Positions 25,396 to 34,681 of a DNA stretch of 64,000 nt are shown here, piece after piece. How positions within the stretch are numbered: the stretch's first letter is position 1; each line of letters opens with the position of its first letter. Both the position numbers and the translations under genes were made by a program. The stretch is from Chitinophagaceae bacterium. Lineage in GTDB: Bacteria; Bacteroidota; Bacteroidia; Chitinophagales; Chitinophagaceae. A model generated the notes under the pieces. It searched no databases. It saw only the letters and a list, made by a program, of their open reading frames with translations, and was not told the origin of the DNA. Location of the stretch: assembly GCA_041486045.1 (NCBI GenBank), contig JBGPKR010000003.1, forward strand, positions 4,295 through 68,294, read 5' to 3'.

Positions 25396-27855
25396 ATGAG
25401 AAAATTATTTGTATTTATTGCGGTTTTTGGCCTTTCTTTTTCAACTATCCAGGCTCAAAAAATTTCAGGGATGGTGAAAGATGAATTGGGAAAAGGCATG
25501 GAAAAAACAACGATCTCCCTGCTGCGGGCAAGGGATTCTTCAGTCGTAAAACTTGCCGTGTCAGGCTCTGACGGGCGGTTTAGTTTTCAGTCTTCTTCCG
25601 GTAAATTCCTGGTTAGTGTGTCACATGTTGGCTACATGCCCCGGTATTCGGCGAGTTTTGAAGTGTCGGGGGATGTAGAGATTCCGGTTATTCAAATGAC
25701 AAAAGCTGCCACTAATCTCCAGGGCGTTAGCGTAAGTTCCGTAAAGCCAATGGTAGAAGTAAAGGCTGACAAAACCATTCTGAATGTGGAAGGAACTATC
25801 AATTCTGTGGGTAGTGATGCGTTGGAGTTGCTTCGCAAATCTCCAGGGGTAACGATTGATAAGGATGACAACGTGAGCCTGTCCGGAAAGAATGGTGTTC
25901 AGATTTATATTGATGGCAAACCAACGCCTCTATCTGGTGCAGATCTGACTGCTTTTCTTAAAAACCTTCAATCATCCCAGATAGAAGCTATTGAGATCAT
26001 TACAAACCCTTCTGCAAAATATGATGCTGCGGGCAATGCAGGTATCATTAATATCAAATTGAAAAAAAATAAGGCTTTTGGTACCAATGGTTCCGTAAAT
26101 GCCGGGTATGCAATCGGGATCTATCCAAAATATAACGGGGGGATCTCTCTTAATAACAGGGGTAAAAAAGTCAATGTATTCGGAAACTTTAATTACAATA
26201 GGGGGACCAGTGCTAATATATTCAAACTGCACAGAGAACAGTTGGACACAGTTTTCGACCAGGTGAATAATGTGACCATGCATAACGAAAGCCAGGGATT
26301 TAAGGCGGGTCTTGATTATTATGCAGATAAGAAAAACACATTCGGAATTCTTATCAATGGAAATTTTGCTGATAACGAATTTAAGACCAATGGGAAAACA
26401 CCGATTGTTTATAAACCTACCGGAATAACTGACAGAGTACTCACGGCCAACAATAGCACTCAGGCAGAAAGAAATAATATGAATTTCAACCTGAACTATC
26501 ATTTTGCTGATACAGCAGGACATGATTTGACCGTGGATGCAGACTATGGCCTGTACAGAACCAAGACAGACCAGATGCAACCCAATATTTATTACAATGC
26601 TGCCATGACAACGGAATTAAGCCGGACAATCTATAATTTCATTTCACCAACTGATATTGATATTTATACCCTGAAATCAGATTATGAACAAAACTTAAAA
26701 GGCGGCAAACTTGGACTTGGATTTAAAACATCTGTTGTCAACACGGGTAATAATTTTGGCCGATATAATGTATTTGGCAATACAAAAACACTTGACGTAA
26801 CAAGAAGTAACCAGTTTGATTACAAGGAAAATATCAATGCCTTTTACCTGAATTATAACAAGGCATTTCCGAAGAAGGGCTTTATGATACAGGCCGGCCT
26901 GCGGGTGGAGAATACCAATAACAGGGGGGATTCATACGGGTTAAATAGTGACGGATCTGTAAATACTGCAAGCAAGCAATCAATCAAACGTAACTACACA
27001 GGACTGTTCCCAAGTGGTTCTCTTACTTTCAACAAGAATCCCATGAAACAGTGGAGCTTTTCATATAGCCGCAGGATAGACCGTCCGGCTTACCAGGACC
27101 TGAACCCGTTTGAATTTAAACTGGATGAGTATACTTTCCAGAAAGGAAATACGAACCTGAGACCGCAATACACGAATAGTATTTCGGTGACCAATATTTA
27201 CAAATACAAGCTGACATCAACACTGAATTACAGCCATGTGGCAGATGTGTTTACACAGTTAGTTGATACTGCTGAAAAATCAAAAGCTTTTATCACTAAA
27301 AAGAATCTGGCCACCCAGAATATTGTCAGCCTGAATATAAGTTACCCGTTCATGTATAAGAATTACAGCATGTTTGCCAACCTGAATACCTATTACTCGA
27401 TGTATAAGGCTGATTTTGGCGGTGGGAACAGGGTGATAAACCTGAATGTATTTTCTTATAATATTTACATGCAGCACAGCCTGAAGCTTGATAAGAAGAA
27501 AACCTGGACGGCTGAATTAAGTGGTTTTTACAACGCACCAACTGTATGGCAGGGAACATTTAAGAGTAATGCTATATGGGCTATTGATGGTGGTTTTCAG
27601 AAAACAATTCTCAAAGGAAAAGGAAACCTGAAAGCATCGGTGAGTGATATATTCAAAACACTCCATTGGACAGGTACCAGCAATTTTGCAGGACAAAGCC
27701 TCACGGCCAGTGGTAACTTTGAAAGCAGGCAGTTTAAATTGAATTTTACCTACCGTTTTGGAAACAGCCAGGTAAAAGCTGCGAGGAACAGGAAATCTGC
27801 CTCTGAAGAAGAAAGCAAACGCACGCAAGGTGGTGGCCAGGGGATAGGACAATAA
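25396..27855 (+). CDS. TonB-dependent receptor-like outer-membrane beta-barrel protein
   Basis: Signal peptide, CarboxypepD_reg-like N-terminus, plug (IEAIEIITNPSAKYDAAGNAGIINI), barrel ending LNFTYRFG; starts ATGAGAAAATTA. Confidence 0.9.
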   Translation: MRKLFVFIAVFGLSFSTIQAQKISGMVKDELGKGMEKTTISLLRARDSSVVKLAVSGSDGRFSFQSSSGKFLVSVSHVGYMPRYSASFEVSGDVEIPVIQMTKAATNLQGVSVSSVKPMVEVKADKTILNVEGTINSVGSDALELLRKSPGVTIDKDDNVSLSGKNGVQIYIDGKPTPLSGADLTAFLKNLQSSQIEAIEIITNPSAKYDAAGNAGIINIKLKKNKAFGTNGSVNAGYAIGIYPKYNGGISLNNRGKKVNVFGNFNYNRGTSANIFKLHREQLDTVFDQVNNVTMHNESQGFKAGLDYYADKKNTFGILINGNFADNEFKTNGKTPIVYKPTGITDRVLTANNSTQAERNNMNFNLNYHFADTAGHDLTVDADYGLYRTKTDQMQPNIYYNAAMTTELSRTIYNFISPTDIDIYTLKSDYEQNLKGGKLGLGFKTSVVNTGNNFGRYNVFGNTKTLDVTRSNQFDYKENINAFYLNYNKAFPKKGFMIQAGLRVENTNNRGDSYGLNSDGSVNTASKQSIKRNYTGLFPSGSLTFNKNPMKQWSFSYSRRIDRPAYQDLNPFEFKLDEYTFQKGNTNLRPQYTNSISVTNIYKYKLTSTLNYSHVADVFTQLVDTAEKSKAFITKKNLATQNIVSLNISYPFMYKNYSMFANLNTYYSMYKADFGGGNRVINLNVFSYNIYMQHSLKLDKKKTWTAELSGFYNAPTVWQGTFKSNAIWAIDGGFQKTILKGKGNLKASVSDIFKTLHWTGTSNFAGQSLTASGNFESRQFKLNFTYRFGNSQVKAARNRKSASEEESKRTQGGGQGIGQ

Positions 27856-27876
27856 TAGTTTTTTGTAATTTAATAC

Positions 27877-27911
27877 AAAGATGCCCTTCAATTCTGAAGG
27901 GTATCTTTTTT
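27877..27911. terminator. Intrinsic terminator overlapping the cyclophilin stop codon
   Basis: 14-bp stem aaagatgcccttca-attc-tgaagggtatcttt plus T-tract. Confidence 0.75.
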
Positions 27912-28664
27912 AGCAGGAGAAGTTAGCCTTCCGCTTTTAAGTCTCTTCGTTTTTATCTTCATTCTTTTGATCAGGGTTGCCTTAATTATCCTAACATCTT
28001 CCAAAGGCCTGTCACGGTCTGCTCCAATGCTGGTTTGAACGACGGCAATTTTATCCACAACCTCTATCCCTTTTATCACTTCACCAAACACGGTATAGCT
28101 TTCATCAAGATGAGGGGTTCCACCGATGGTTTTATACACTTCCCTTTTATCTGCAGAAATTTTTCTTCCATTCATACGGGCCAATTCAAGAGCATCTAAC
28201 TCCGGGTCAGTAAAAATTTTACCCTGCACGATATAAAACTGGCTGCCACTGCTTGCTTTTTGAGGATTTACATTGTCTCCCTGCCTGGCAGCAGCAATCA
28301 CTCCTTTCTTATGAAATAATGTTGTTCTGAATTCAGCCGGCACCGTATAACCGGGTCCGCCATTACCTAAGGATATTCCTCCCGGGGCATTTTTACTATC
28401 CGGGTCGCCGCTTTGTATCATAAAGTTTTTTATAACCCGGTGAAACAAGACACTGTCATAGAAACCAACTTTCACCAGCTTCAGAAAATTATCCCGGTGC
28501 AAAGGAGTGGAATCGGACAGGCGGATAATTATATCTCCCATATTTGTTTGCAGCAGCACATCCCTTTTCCGGTCTTTCTTTTTAACGGTAGAATCTTTTT
28601 GCGCAGTGCCGGTCAAAACCCATGCGATACAAGATGCGAGTATAACTATCTTTCTCATGTTCAT
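27888..28664 (-). CDS. Exported cyclophilin-type peptidyl-prolyl isomerase
   Basis: TPLHRDNF, FHRVIKNFMIQSGDP, SSGSQFYIVQG, YTVFGEV. Confidence 0.95.
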   Translation of the reverse strand: MNMRKIVILASCIAWVLTGTAQKDSTVKKKDRKRDVLLQTNMGDIIIRLSDSTPLHRDNFLKLVKVGFYDSVLFHRVIKNFMIQSGDPDSKNAPGGISLGNGGPGYTVPAEFRTTLFHKKGVIAAARQGDNVNPQKASSGSQFYIVQGKIFTDPELDALELARMNGRKISADKREVYKTIGGTPHLDESYTVFGEVIKGIEVVDKIAVVQTSIGADRDRPLEDVRIIKATLIKRMKIKTKRLKSGRLTSPAKKDTLQN

Positions 28665-29005
28665 ATATTATTGTTTTCAAAATATAGCAATACATGGTCT
28701 TTCAGGAAATTTTCCTGTTCAACTGCATTCATATCCGGCATGGGCTTTAGTTGTTTGAAATGCGGCCAGCCGTCGGCATCAACTCCCTCTAATTCATAAT
28801 AGCTGCTGTGGGATAGCAAAGAACAAACAGCGATGTGCATCAGGTCCTGCTTTTGTTCTTTCGTAAATTTTTCTTTGATGTCACCAAACTCCTGGACACC
28901 TATCAGGAACAAAATGGTTTCCAGATCAGGTTTTTTACCAAAACGTTCCGCCAGTTTGGCCTCTAAATTCCACCAACGCTGTTGCAGATCATCCTTTGCA
29001 TTCAT
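28661..29005 (-). CDS. Conserved hypothetical protein
   Basis: MNAKDDLQQRWW...ILFLIGVQE...KEQKQDLMHIAVC; overlaps the downstream start (operon). Confidence 0.8.
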   Translation of the reverse strand: MNAKDDLQQRWWNLEAKLAERFGKKPDLETILFLIGVQEFGDIKEKFTKEQKQDLMHIAVCSLLSHSSYYELEGVDADGWPHFKQLKPMPDMNAVEQENFLKDHVLLYFENNNI

Positions 29006-29030
29006 GGCGGCAAAGATAGCCATCCGCTTA

Positions 29031-29366
29031 TTATGCATTTCTATCCGCTATAACGGCTGTACCATAGGCAAGTACTTCCGTTACACCGCCAATCACTTCA
29101 TTGGCATCATAGCGCATATTGATGATAGCATTGGCACCCCGTTGTTCAGCATGTTGTATCATCTCCTGGAAGGCCTCTTCTCTTGTCTTTTCACAGAGTT
29201 CTTTATAGATGGAGATCTTTCCGCCAAAAAGTGTTTGAAACCCGCCGGCGATATTTCCAAACAAGCTTCTTGAACGAACGATGATTCCTCTGACAACTCC
29301 CAGGTTTTTGGTAACCCTGTAACCGTCAAGACTGATACTGGTAGTAATCATTGATTGATCAATCAT
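29031..29366 (-). CDS. YbjQ/UPF0145-family protein
   Basis: GVVRGIIVRSRS, AEQRGANAIINMRYD, TEVLAYGTAV; start at 29366 or 29351. Confidence 0.9.
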   Translation of the reverse strand: MIDQSMITTSISLDGYRVTKNLGVVRGIIVRSRSLFGNIAGGFQTLFGGKISIYKELCEKTREEAFQEMIQHAEQRGANAIINMRYDANEVIGGVTEVLAYGTAVIADRNA

Positions 29367-29424
29367 AATATTAATTTTAATAAAGGTAAATAAATCCTTC
29401 GTTGCGGGTATGCTGCTCAAAAAC

Positions 29425-29432
29425 TACCTTTG
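29425..29432 (+). promoter_or_regulatory. -7 promoter element for serS (TACCTTTG)
   Basis: TAnnTTTG 16 nt before ATG 29449. Confidence 0.6.
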
Positions 29433-29448
29433 CGAAAATCAGTATTAC

Positions 29449-30720
29449 ATGTTGCAGCTACAGGCATTAAGACAAAATCCGGAATGGGTGAAGGAAAGAC
29501 TGGCAATAAAAAATTTTGCTCAAATTAATCTTGTTGATGAAATAATTGAATTAGACGCAAAAATTCGAAATTTAAAAGTCGAAAGCGAAAAAATACAAGC
29601 CTCTATTAATGGAGCTAGTAAAGGAATTGGTATTTTGATGAAAGAAGGCGATAAAGAGGGCACTGAGAAAATGAAGAAAGCAGTAGCTGATCTAAAGGAG
29701 AATTTAGCTGGCCTGCGGGGAGATTTGTTTTTAACGGAATCAGAGTTGGAAGAGAAAATTATTCTTCTTCCCAATCTTCCTTCTGATAAGGTACTGGCCG
29801 GAAAAACACCTGCCGATAATGTTGTGGTAAGAGAAGGGGGCAGCAAACCAAAACTTCCTGCTGATGCCATTCCTCACTGGGACCTTATAAAAAAATATGA
29901 TATCGTTGATTTTGAAACCGGCGCCAAAATAACCGGCAGCGGCTTTCCTTTATACAAAGGCAAAGGCGCCAAACTGCAGCGGGCATTGATCCAGTATTTT
30001 TTGGATTACAATACCGCGGCCGGGTATACAGAATATCTTCCTCCATTTATGGTCAATGAAGCCAGCGCTTATGGCACCGGGCAGTTGCCCGATAAAGAAG
30101 GGCAGATGTATTACATGCCCGCAGATAATTTTTATATGATACCGACATCAGAAGTGCCGGTAACGAATATATACAGGGATGAAATAGTGAAGGAAAATGA
30201 TCTGCCCATTAAAATAACAGCCTATTCTCCCTGTTTCAGAAGAGAGGCGGGAAGTTTTGGCAAAGATGTACGTGGACTGAACCGCGTACACCAGTTTGAT
30301 AAAGTGGAGATCGTTCAACTGGTTTACCCGGAAAAAAGCTATGATGTGCTGGAAGAAATGGTCAATCATGTAGAAAAACTATTGCATACACTTGAATTGC
30401 CTTACCGCATTTTAAAACTCTGCGGTGGCGATATGAGTTTTGCGTCAGCGCTGACTTACGATTTTGAAGTGTACAGCGCAGCACAGGATAAATGGCTGGA
30501 AGTAAGTTCAGTTTCAAACTTTGAGACTTTTCAGACCAATCGTATGAAAATCCGGTTTAAGGATAGTAATGGAAAATCACAATTAGTGCATTCCCTTAAC
30601 GGAAGTTCTCTTGCTTTGCCAAGGATTGTTGCCTGCCTGCTGGAAAATAACCAGGCACCCGATGGAATAATTTTACCGGCTGTATTGCACAGCTATTTTG
30701 GAGGATCAGTTATTTCCTGA
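29449..30720 (+). CDS. serS: Serine--tRNA ligase
   Basis: GTGQLP, IPTSEVP, PCFRREAGS, GLNRVHQFDKVE, EVSSVSN, SLNGSSLALPR. Confidence 0.97.
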   Translation: MLQLQALRQNPEWVKERLAIKNFAQINLVDEIIELDAKIRNLKVESEKIQASINGASKGIGILMKEGDKEGTEKMKKAVADLKENLAGLRGDLFLTESELEEKIILLPNLPSDKVLAGKTPADNVVVREGGSKPKLPADAIPHWDLIKKYDIVDFETGAKITGSGFPLYKGKGAKLQRALIQYFLDYNTAAGYTEYLPPFMVNEASAYGTGQLPDKEGQMYYMPADNFYMIPTSEVPVTNIYRDEIVKENDLPIKITAYSPCFRREAGSFGKDVRGLNRVHQFDKVEIVQLVYPEKSYDVLEEMVNHVEKLLHTLELPYRILKLCGGDMSFASALTYDFEVYSAAQDKWLEVSSVSNFETFQTNRMKIRFKDSNGKSQLVHSLNGSSLALPRIVACLLENNQAPDGIILPAVLHSYFGGSVIS

Positions 30721-30754
30721 AAAACTGTATATTTATTTTTCAAATTGAACCAAA

Positions 30755-31168
30755 ATGAAAAAATGGATAGTCTTATCAGTAATTTGTGCAGCGGGAGCTA
30801 TTGGCTGTGGTAAAAAAATCATGCCCGAATCTGATGCAAATAATCAGTCAAAGCCGGCAAATGATAAAGAGGCTAAGGCTGCAACACAATCAGCTAATAC
30901 AAATACTTCGTCCAGTTCTACACCTTCATTTAATAATATGCAGAGATCGGTACTGCCCGTTCAGGATGGACCCAGGTCCGTTTCTATGGAGAAGGGAAAA
31001 ACTGTTTATGTTACTAAATGCAACGGTTGCCATGCACTTAAAAACCCCAGCGATTATACAACTGACCAGATGAGCAATATCCTGAAAACCGAGATACCTA
31101 AGGCAAAATTAGACAGTAAGGAAGCGGAACAGGTAACTGCCTATTTACTGGCAAATTCAAAAAAATAA
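30755..31168 (+). CDS. Lipoprotein with a single c-type heme motif
   Basis: Lipobox AIGC; KCNGCH (CxxCH). Confidence 0.8.
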   Translation: MKKWIVLSVICAAGAIGCGKKIMPESDANNQSKPANDKEAKAATQSANTNTSSSSTPSFNNMQRSVLPVQDGPRSVSMEKGKTVYVTKCNGCHALKNPSDYTTDQMSNILKTEIPKAKLDSKEAEQVTAYLLANSKK

Positions 31169-31300
31169 AATGCTGCATTGCTGTTTTTATTTTTGAAAGT
31201 GTTTGTATAATTATTCGTTAAAGGAATTCTGGTCATCGCTTTTCTTCCATTTGCATTTCATATTTGCTGGAATGTTTTGATAATCACTAAAACCAGCAGC

Positions 31301-31969
31301 ATGAGAAAACATACAATCATAATTGTTATCACTACTTTGATTTTTGCCAAAAATACAGAGGGACAAATAAGGAAAGGATCAGTTTTTCTCGGCGGTGATT
31401 TGGCTTTTTCATCAGAAAAAGGAACCAGCAGCAATAATAACAACTATAAAACGGGGGGCTTCCATTTTTTACCGGTTTTCGGAAAGGCTGTAAAAGAAAA
31501 CCTCATTGCCGGCTCTGATTTACTTTATTATTACCAGAACAATGATGTTTCATTGGATTTCAATGACAATAAACAATGGATCTATGGTGCAGGATTTTTT
31601 ATCAGGCAATATCAACAAATAGCACAAACCAGGTTTTCCCTTTTTTTACAGGGTCATTTGGGTGCTGAGGTTGACAAAATAAAACAGGCATTTAATACAC
31701 CGGATAAAATAGAAATAAGAACATTTTCCTTAATCTTAAGCATCTATCCCGGAATATCCTACTACATCAGTAGAAAGTTGCAGATCGAAACGGGGTTCAA
31801 TAACCTGGTTGGTGCAAGATATTTTCACCGAGAAACTGTTTCAGGAACAATAAACCCGGTTACAAGTTCAGCAAATGGATTTAATTTGTATGCAAGTCTT
31901 GAAAACCTGACCAGGTTCTACGTTGGTTTCAGGCTTCTTATCAATAAAAAAGGGGATAGGGGTAAATAA
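31301..31969 (+). CDS. Outer-membrane beta-barrel protein
   Basis: Signal peptide MRKHT...TEGQ, QIRKGSVFLGG, amphipathic strands; starts ATGAGAAAA. Confidence 0.75.
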   Translation: MRKHTIIIVITTLIFAKNTEGQIRKGSVFLGGDLAFSSEKGTSSNNNNYKTGGFHFLPVFGKAVKENLIAGSDLLYYYQNNDVSLDFNDNKQWIYGAGFFIRQYQQIAQTRFSLFLQGHLGAEVDKIKQAFNTPDKIEIRTFSLILSIYPGISYYISRKLQIETGFNNLVGARYFHRETVSGTINPVTSSANGFNLYASLENLTRFYVGFRLLINKKGDRGK

Positions 31970-31974
31970 TGGTT

Positions 31975-33027
31975 TTATTTTTCCAGCTTATTTAATTTCT
32001 TAATTCTACAATTCATCACATAAAACCATGCTGGCGGAATTAATGACAGGATCATCATGCCTGGATAACCCGTTGGCATCTGCGGCGAATGGTCATGATG
32101 ACGGAGGACCTGGTATTTGCGGCTGGCCAGGTAATGATGATCACTGTGCCTGCTTAACTCAAACAGCATTAATCTACCGATCACATGATCGCTGTTCCAG
32201 CTATGTTCCGGCATGGCTCTTTCATATTTTCCATCAGCAGTTGATCTGCGCTGTAATCCGTAATGTTCAATGTAATTGACTGTTTCAAGCAATAATATCC
32301 CGATTAATGCTGCAGCTGAAAAATATAATGTAACCAATCCTCCAGAAGCAAAAAAGATCAATACCAGGAGAGCAACCTGGATAAAACTAAATTGGATCAT
32401 TTCGTTCTGCAACGATAAAACAGGCTTACCCTTTTTCCCGGTTTCATCATTGGCAATATGCCAGGCGCTGATATAACTGAAAATGATGGTGCGGAAATAA
32501 AAAGTATAAACAGGTTCGTCCAACCGGGCGCTGCTGGGGTCTTCGGGGGTTGCCACTCTTTTATGATGCCCTTTGTTGTGCTCGGTAAAAAAGTGCATGT
32601 ATAAAGATGTAAGTAAAAGAGCTTTGGCCAATACCTGTTCAATCTTGTTTGCCCGGTGTCCCAGCTCATGCCCCACATTGATACCAAATACACCACAAAG
32701 CATTCCCATCACCAGTATCCTGCCGGTAGTTTCATGCCAGGCGAGGGTATCATTTTTCATGGAGGAAAGGAACTCATACAAAGCCAAATATTGTACGGCA
32801 ACGACCAGGTATAATAAAACATCATAACCCTTATTCTTTTTAGCCAGTTCTTCTTCGGTGGCGCTCATATTGGCCGGGTTGGGCTTGATAAAAACCTCCA
32901 TCAGGGGAATAAAAAGCCAGGCAAAGAAAAGCGGTAACCAGATCTCCCATCCATGCGCATGAAAGGACCGGATGGATCCAAAAAAAATAGTAAAAGGAAT
33001 AAGAAATTTAAGAAACCGGACCTGCAT
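31975..33027 (-). CDS. alkB: Alkane 1-monooxygenase (membrane di-iron)
   Basis: His boxes HELGH, EHNKGHH, NYIEHYG, LSRHSDHH. Confidence 0.88.
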   Translation of the reverse strand: MQVRFLKFLIPFTIFFGSIRSFHAHGWEIWLPLFFAWLFIPLMEVFIKPNPANMSATEEELAKKNKGYDVLLYLVVAVQYLALYEFLSSMKNDTLAWHETTGRILVMGMLCGVFGINVGHELGHRANKIEQVLAKALLLTSLYMHFFTEHNKGHHKRVATPEDPSSARLDEPVYTFYFRTIIFSYISAWHIANDETGKKGKPVLSLQNEMIQFSFIQVALLVLIFFASGGLVTLYFSAAALIGILLLETVNYIEHYGLQRRSTADGKYERAMPEHSWNSDHVIGRLMLFELSRHSDHHYLASRKYQVLRHHDHSPQMPTGYPGMMILSLIPPAWFYVMNCRIKKLNKLEK

Positions 33028-33149
33028 ACATATTGAATTGCTCAAATTTAAAAAATAAGAAGGTAGTTTTAACGTTTTACGTCTGTTATTATGGCCCGGT
33101 TTTTAAACCTGTTACCTGTATACCGGTCTGAAACCTAAATGTTAGCCTC

Positions 33150-34625
33150 ATGTCGTTGACCAACCAGATCAAAAACCAGCACCTGATGTGGCGTGCCGGA
33201 TTCGGCCCTGCTGTGGAACAGCTTGGCGATCTTACAAAATTTTCACCCAAACAATTTTATAAAGCCCTTGTAAAAGCTTCGGACAAAAAACCGGAATATA
33301 TCAATGTGGCAGATGACTACCTGCAGGGACTTTATATGGGTATTGAGGAAGCAGGCCGCCAGCAGCAAAGAAAAGAACTGAGCGCCGATGAAAAGAAGAT
33401 GATCCAGCAGAAAAGCCGGGAAGGTATTCGCAACCTGAACCTTTTCTGGCTGCATGAAATGGTGAACAGCGGGGCGCAATTGCGGGAAAAAATGGCTTTC
33501 TTCTGGCATGGACATTTTGCCTGCCGCAACCTGAATGTTTTTTTCCAGCAGGGTTTATTGGATGTAATAAGAAGGAATGCACTCGGAAATTTCGGAACCT
33601 TATTGAAAGAAGTTTCCAAAACAGCAGCCATGCTGAATTTTTTAAATAACCAGCAAAACAAGAAAGATCATCCCAATGAAAATTTTGCACGGGAAGTGAT
33701 GGAACTTTTTACACTGGGCCGGGAAAATTATACAGAACATGATGTAAAAGAAGCCGCGAGAGCTTTTACCGGGTGGAGTGCCACGATAAAAGGAGAATTT
33801 ACTTTTCGCCGGTTCCAGCATGATTATGACAGCAAAACTGTTTTGGGAAAAACGGGAAATTTTGACGGCGATGAAGTGCTCGACATTTTATTGCAACAGA
33901 AACAAACAGCAAAATTTCTTACACAGAAGATCTATAAATTTTTTGTAAACGAGCAGCCGGATGCTGAAAAAACAGAATGGCTTGCCGAACGATTTTACAA
34001 AAACGACTATGATATTTCAAAATTGCTGGAGGATATTTTTACCAGCGAGTGGTTTTATGATGAGAAAAATATTGGGGCCAAAATTAAATCCCCCATGGAG
34101 TTAATGGTGGGCATACAGCGGATGCTACCCATGAAGTTTGAACGGGATGAAGCCTTGCTGCTGCTGCAAAGGGCATTGGGGCAGTTACTTTTTTATCCAC
34201 CCAATGTGGCCGGCTGGCCCGGCGGTAAAACCTGGATTGACAGTTCTACGCTGATGATGCGGATGCGGATACCACAAATGCTCAATGACAGGGATGAATT
34301 TAATGTGAAACCCAAAGATGATGATGACCAGATGATGGGAAGAAAGAATGACCCGGATGAAGATCCAAAGGCAACAGCCATGAAGTCGCTAAAGAGGTTG
34401 GGCAAACCAGTGATGGTAAATATTGACTGGAGTTTATACACAAAAAACTATGAATCAGTTCCGAGAGAATCATTGCAGGCAAGTATCAACAGCATTTTGC
34501 TGCAAGCTAAAAGCCAGGTGAACCCGGAGGTTATAAAACAATATTCAGATAACAACGGGAGGGAGAATTTTATTAAAACGGCTACGCTGCAGGTAATGAG
34601 TACACCGGAATATCAATTATGTTAA
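33150..34625 (+). CDS. DUF1800-family protein
   Basis: HLMWRAGFG, LREKMAFFWHGHF, PNENFARE, YPPNVAGW. Confidence 0.92.
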   Translation: MSLTNQIKNQHLMWRAGFGPAVEQLGDLTKFSPKQFYKALVKASDKKPEYINVADDYLQGLYMGIEEAGRQQQRKELSADEKKMIQQKSREGIRNLNLFWLHEMVNSGAQLREKMAFFWHGHFACRNLNVFFQQGLLDVIRRNALGNFGTLLKEVSKTAAMLNFLNNQQNKKDHPNENFAREVMELFTLGRENYTEHDVKEAARAFTGWSATIKGEFTFRRFQHDYDSKTVLGKTGNFDGDEVLDILLQQKQTAKFLTQKIYKFFVNEQPDAEKTEWLAERFYKNDYDISKLLEDIFTSEWFYDEKNIGAKIKSPMELMVGIQRMLPMKFERDEALLLLQRALGQLLFYPPNVAGWPGGKTWIDSSTLMMRMRIPQMLNDRDEFNVKPKDDDDQMMGRKNDPDEDPKATAMKSLKRLGKPVMVNIDWSLYTKNYESVPRESLQASINSILLQAKSQVNPEVIKQYSDNNGRENFIKTATLQVMSTPEYQLC

Positions 34626-34632
34626 TAAAGCC

Positions 34633-34681
34633 GTTAGCTGTTAGCCATTAGCTAATAGCTAACAGCCAAAAGCTAATAGCT
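34633..34681. repeat. Palindromic 7-bp tandem array ending at the DUF1501 ATG
   Basis: gttagct gttagcc attagct aatagct aacagcc aaaagct aatagct ATG. Confidence 0.8.

Noticed and set aside
29500-29790. AT-rich patch in the 5' part of serS
   Set aside because: It coincides with the variable Lys/Glu-rich coiled-coil arm, which can explain the composition; not quantified.
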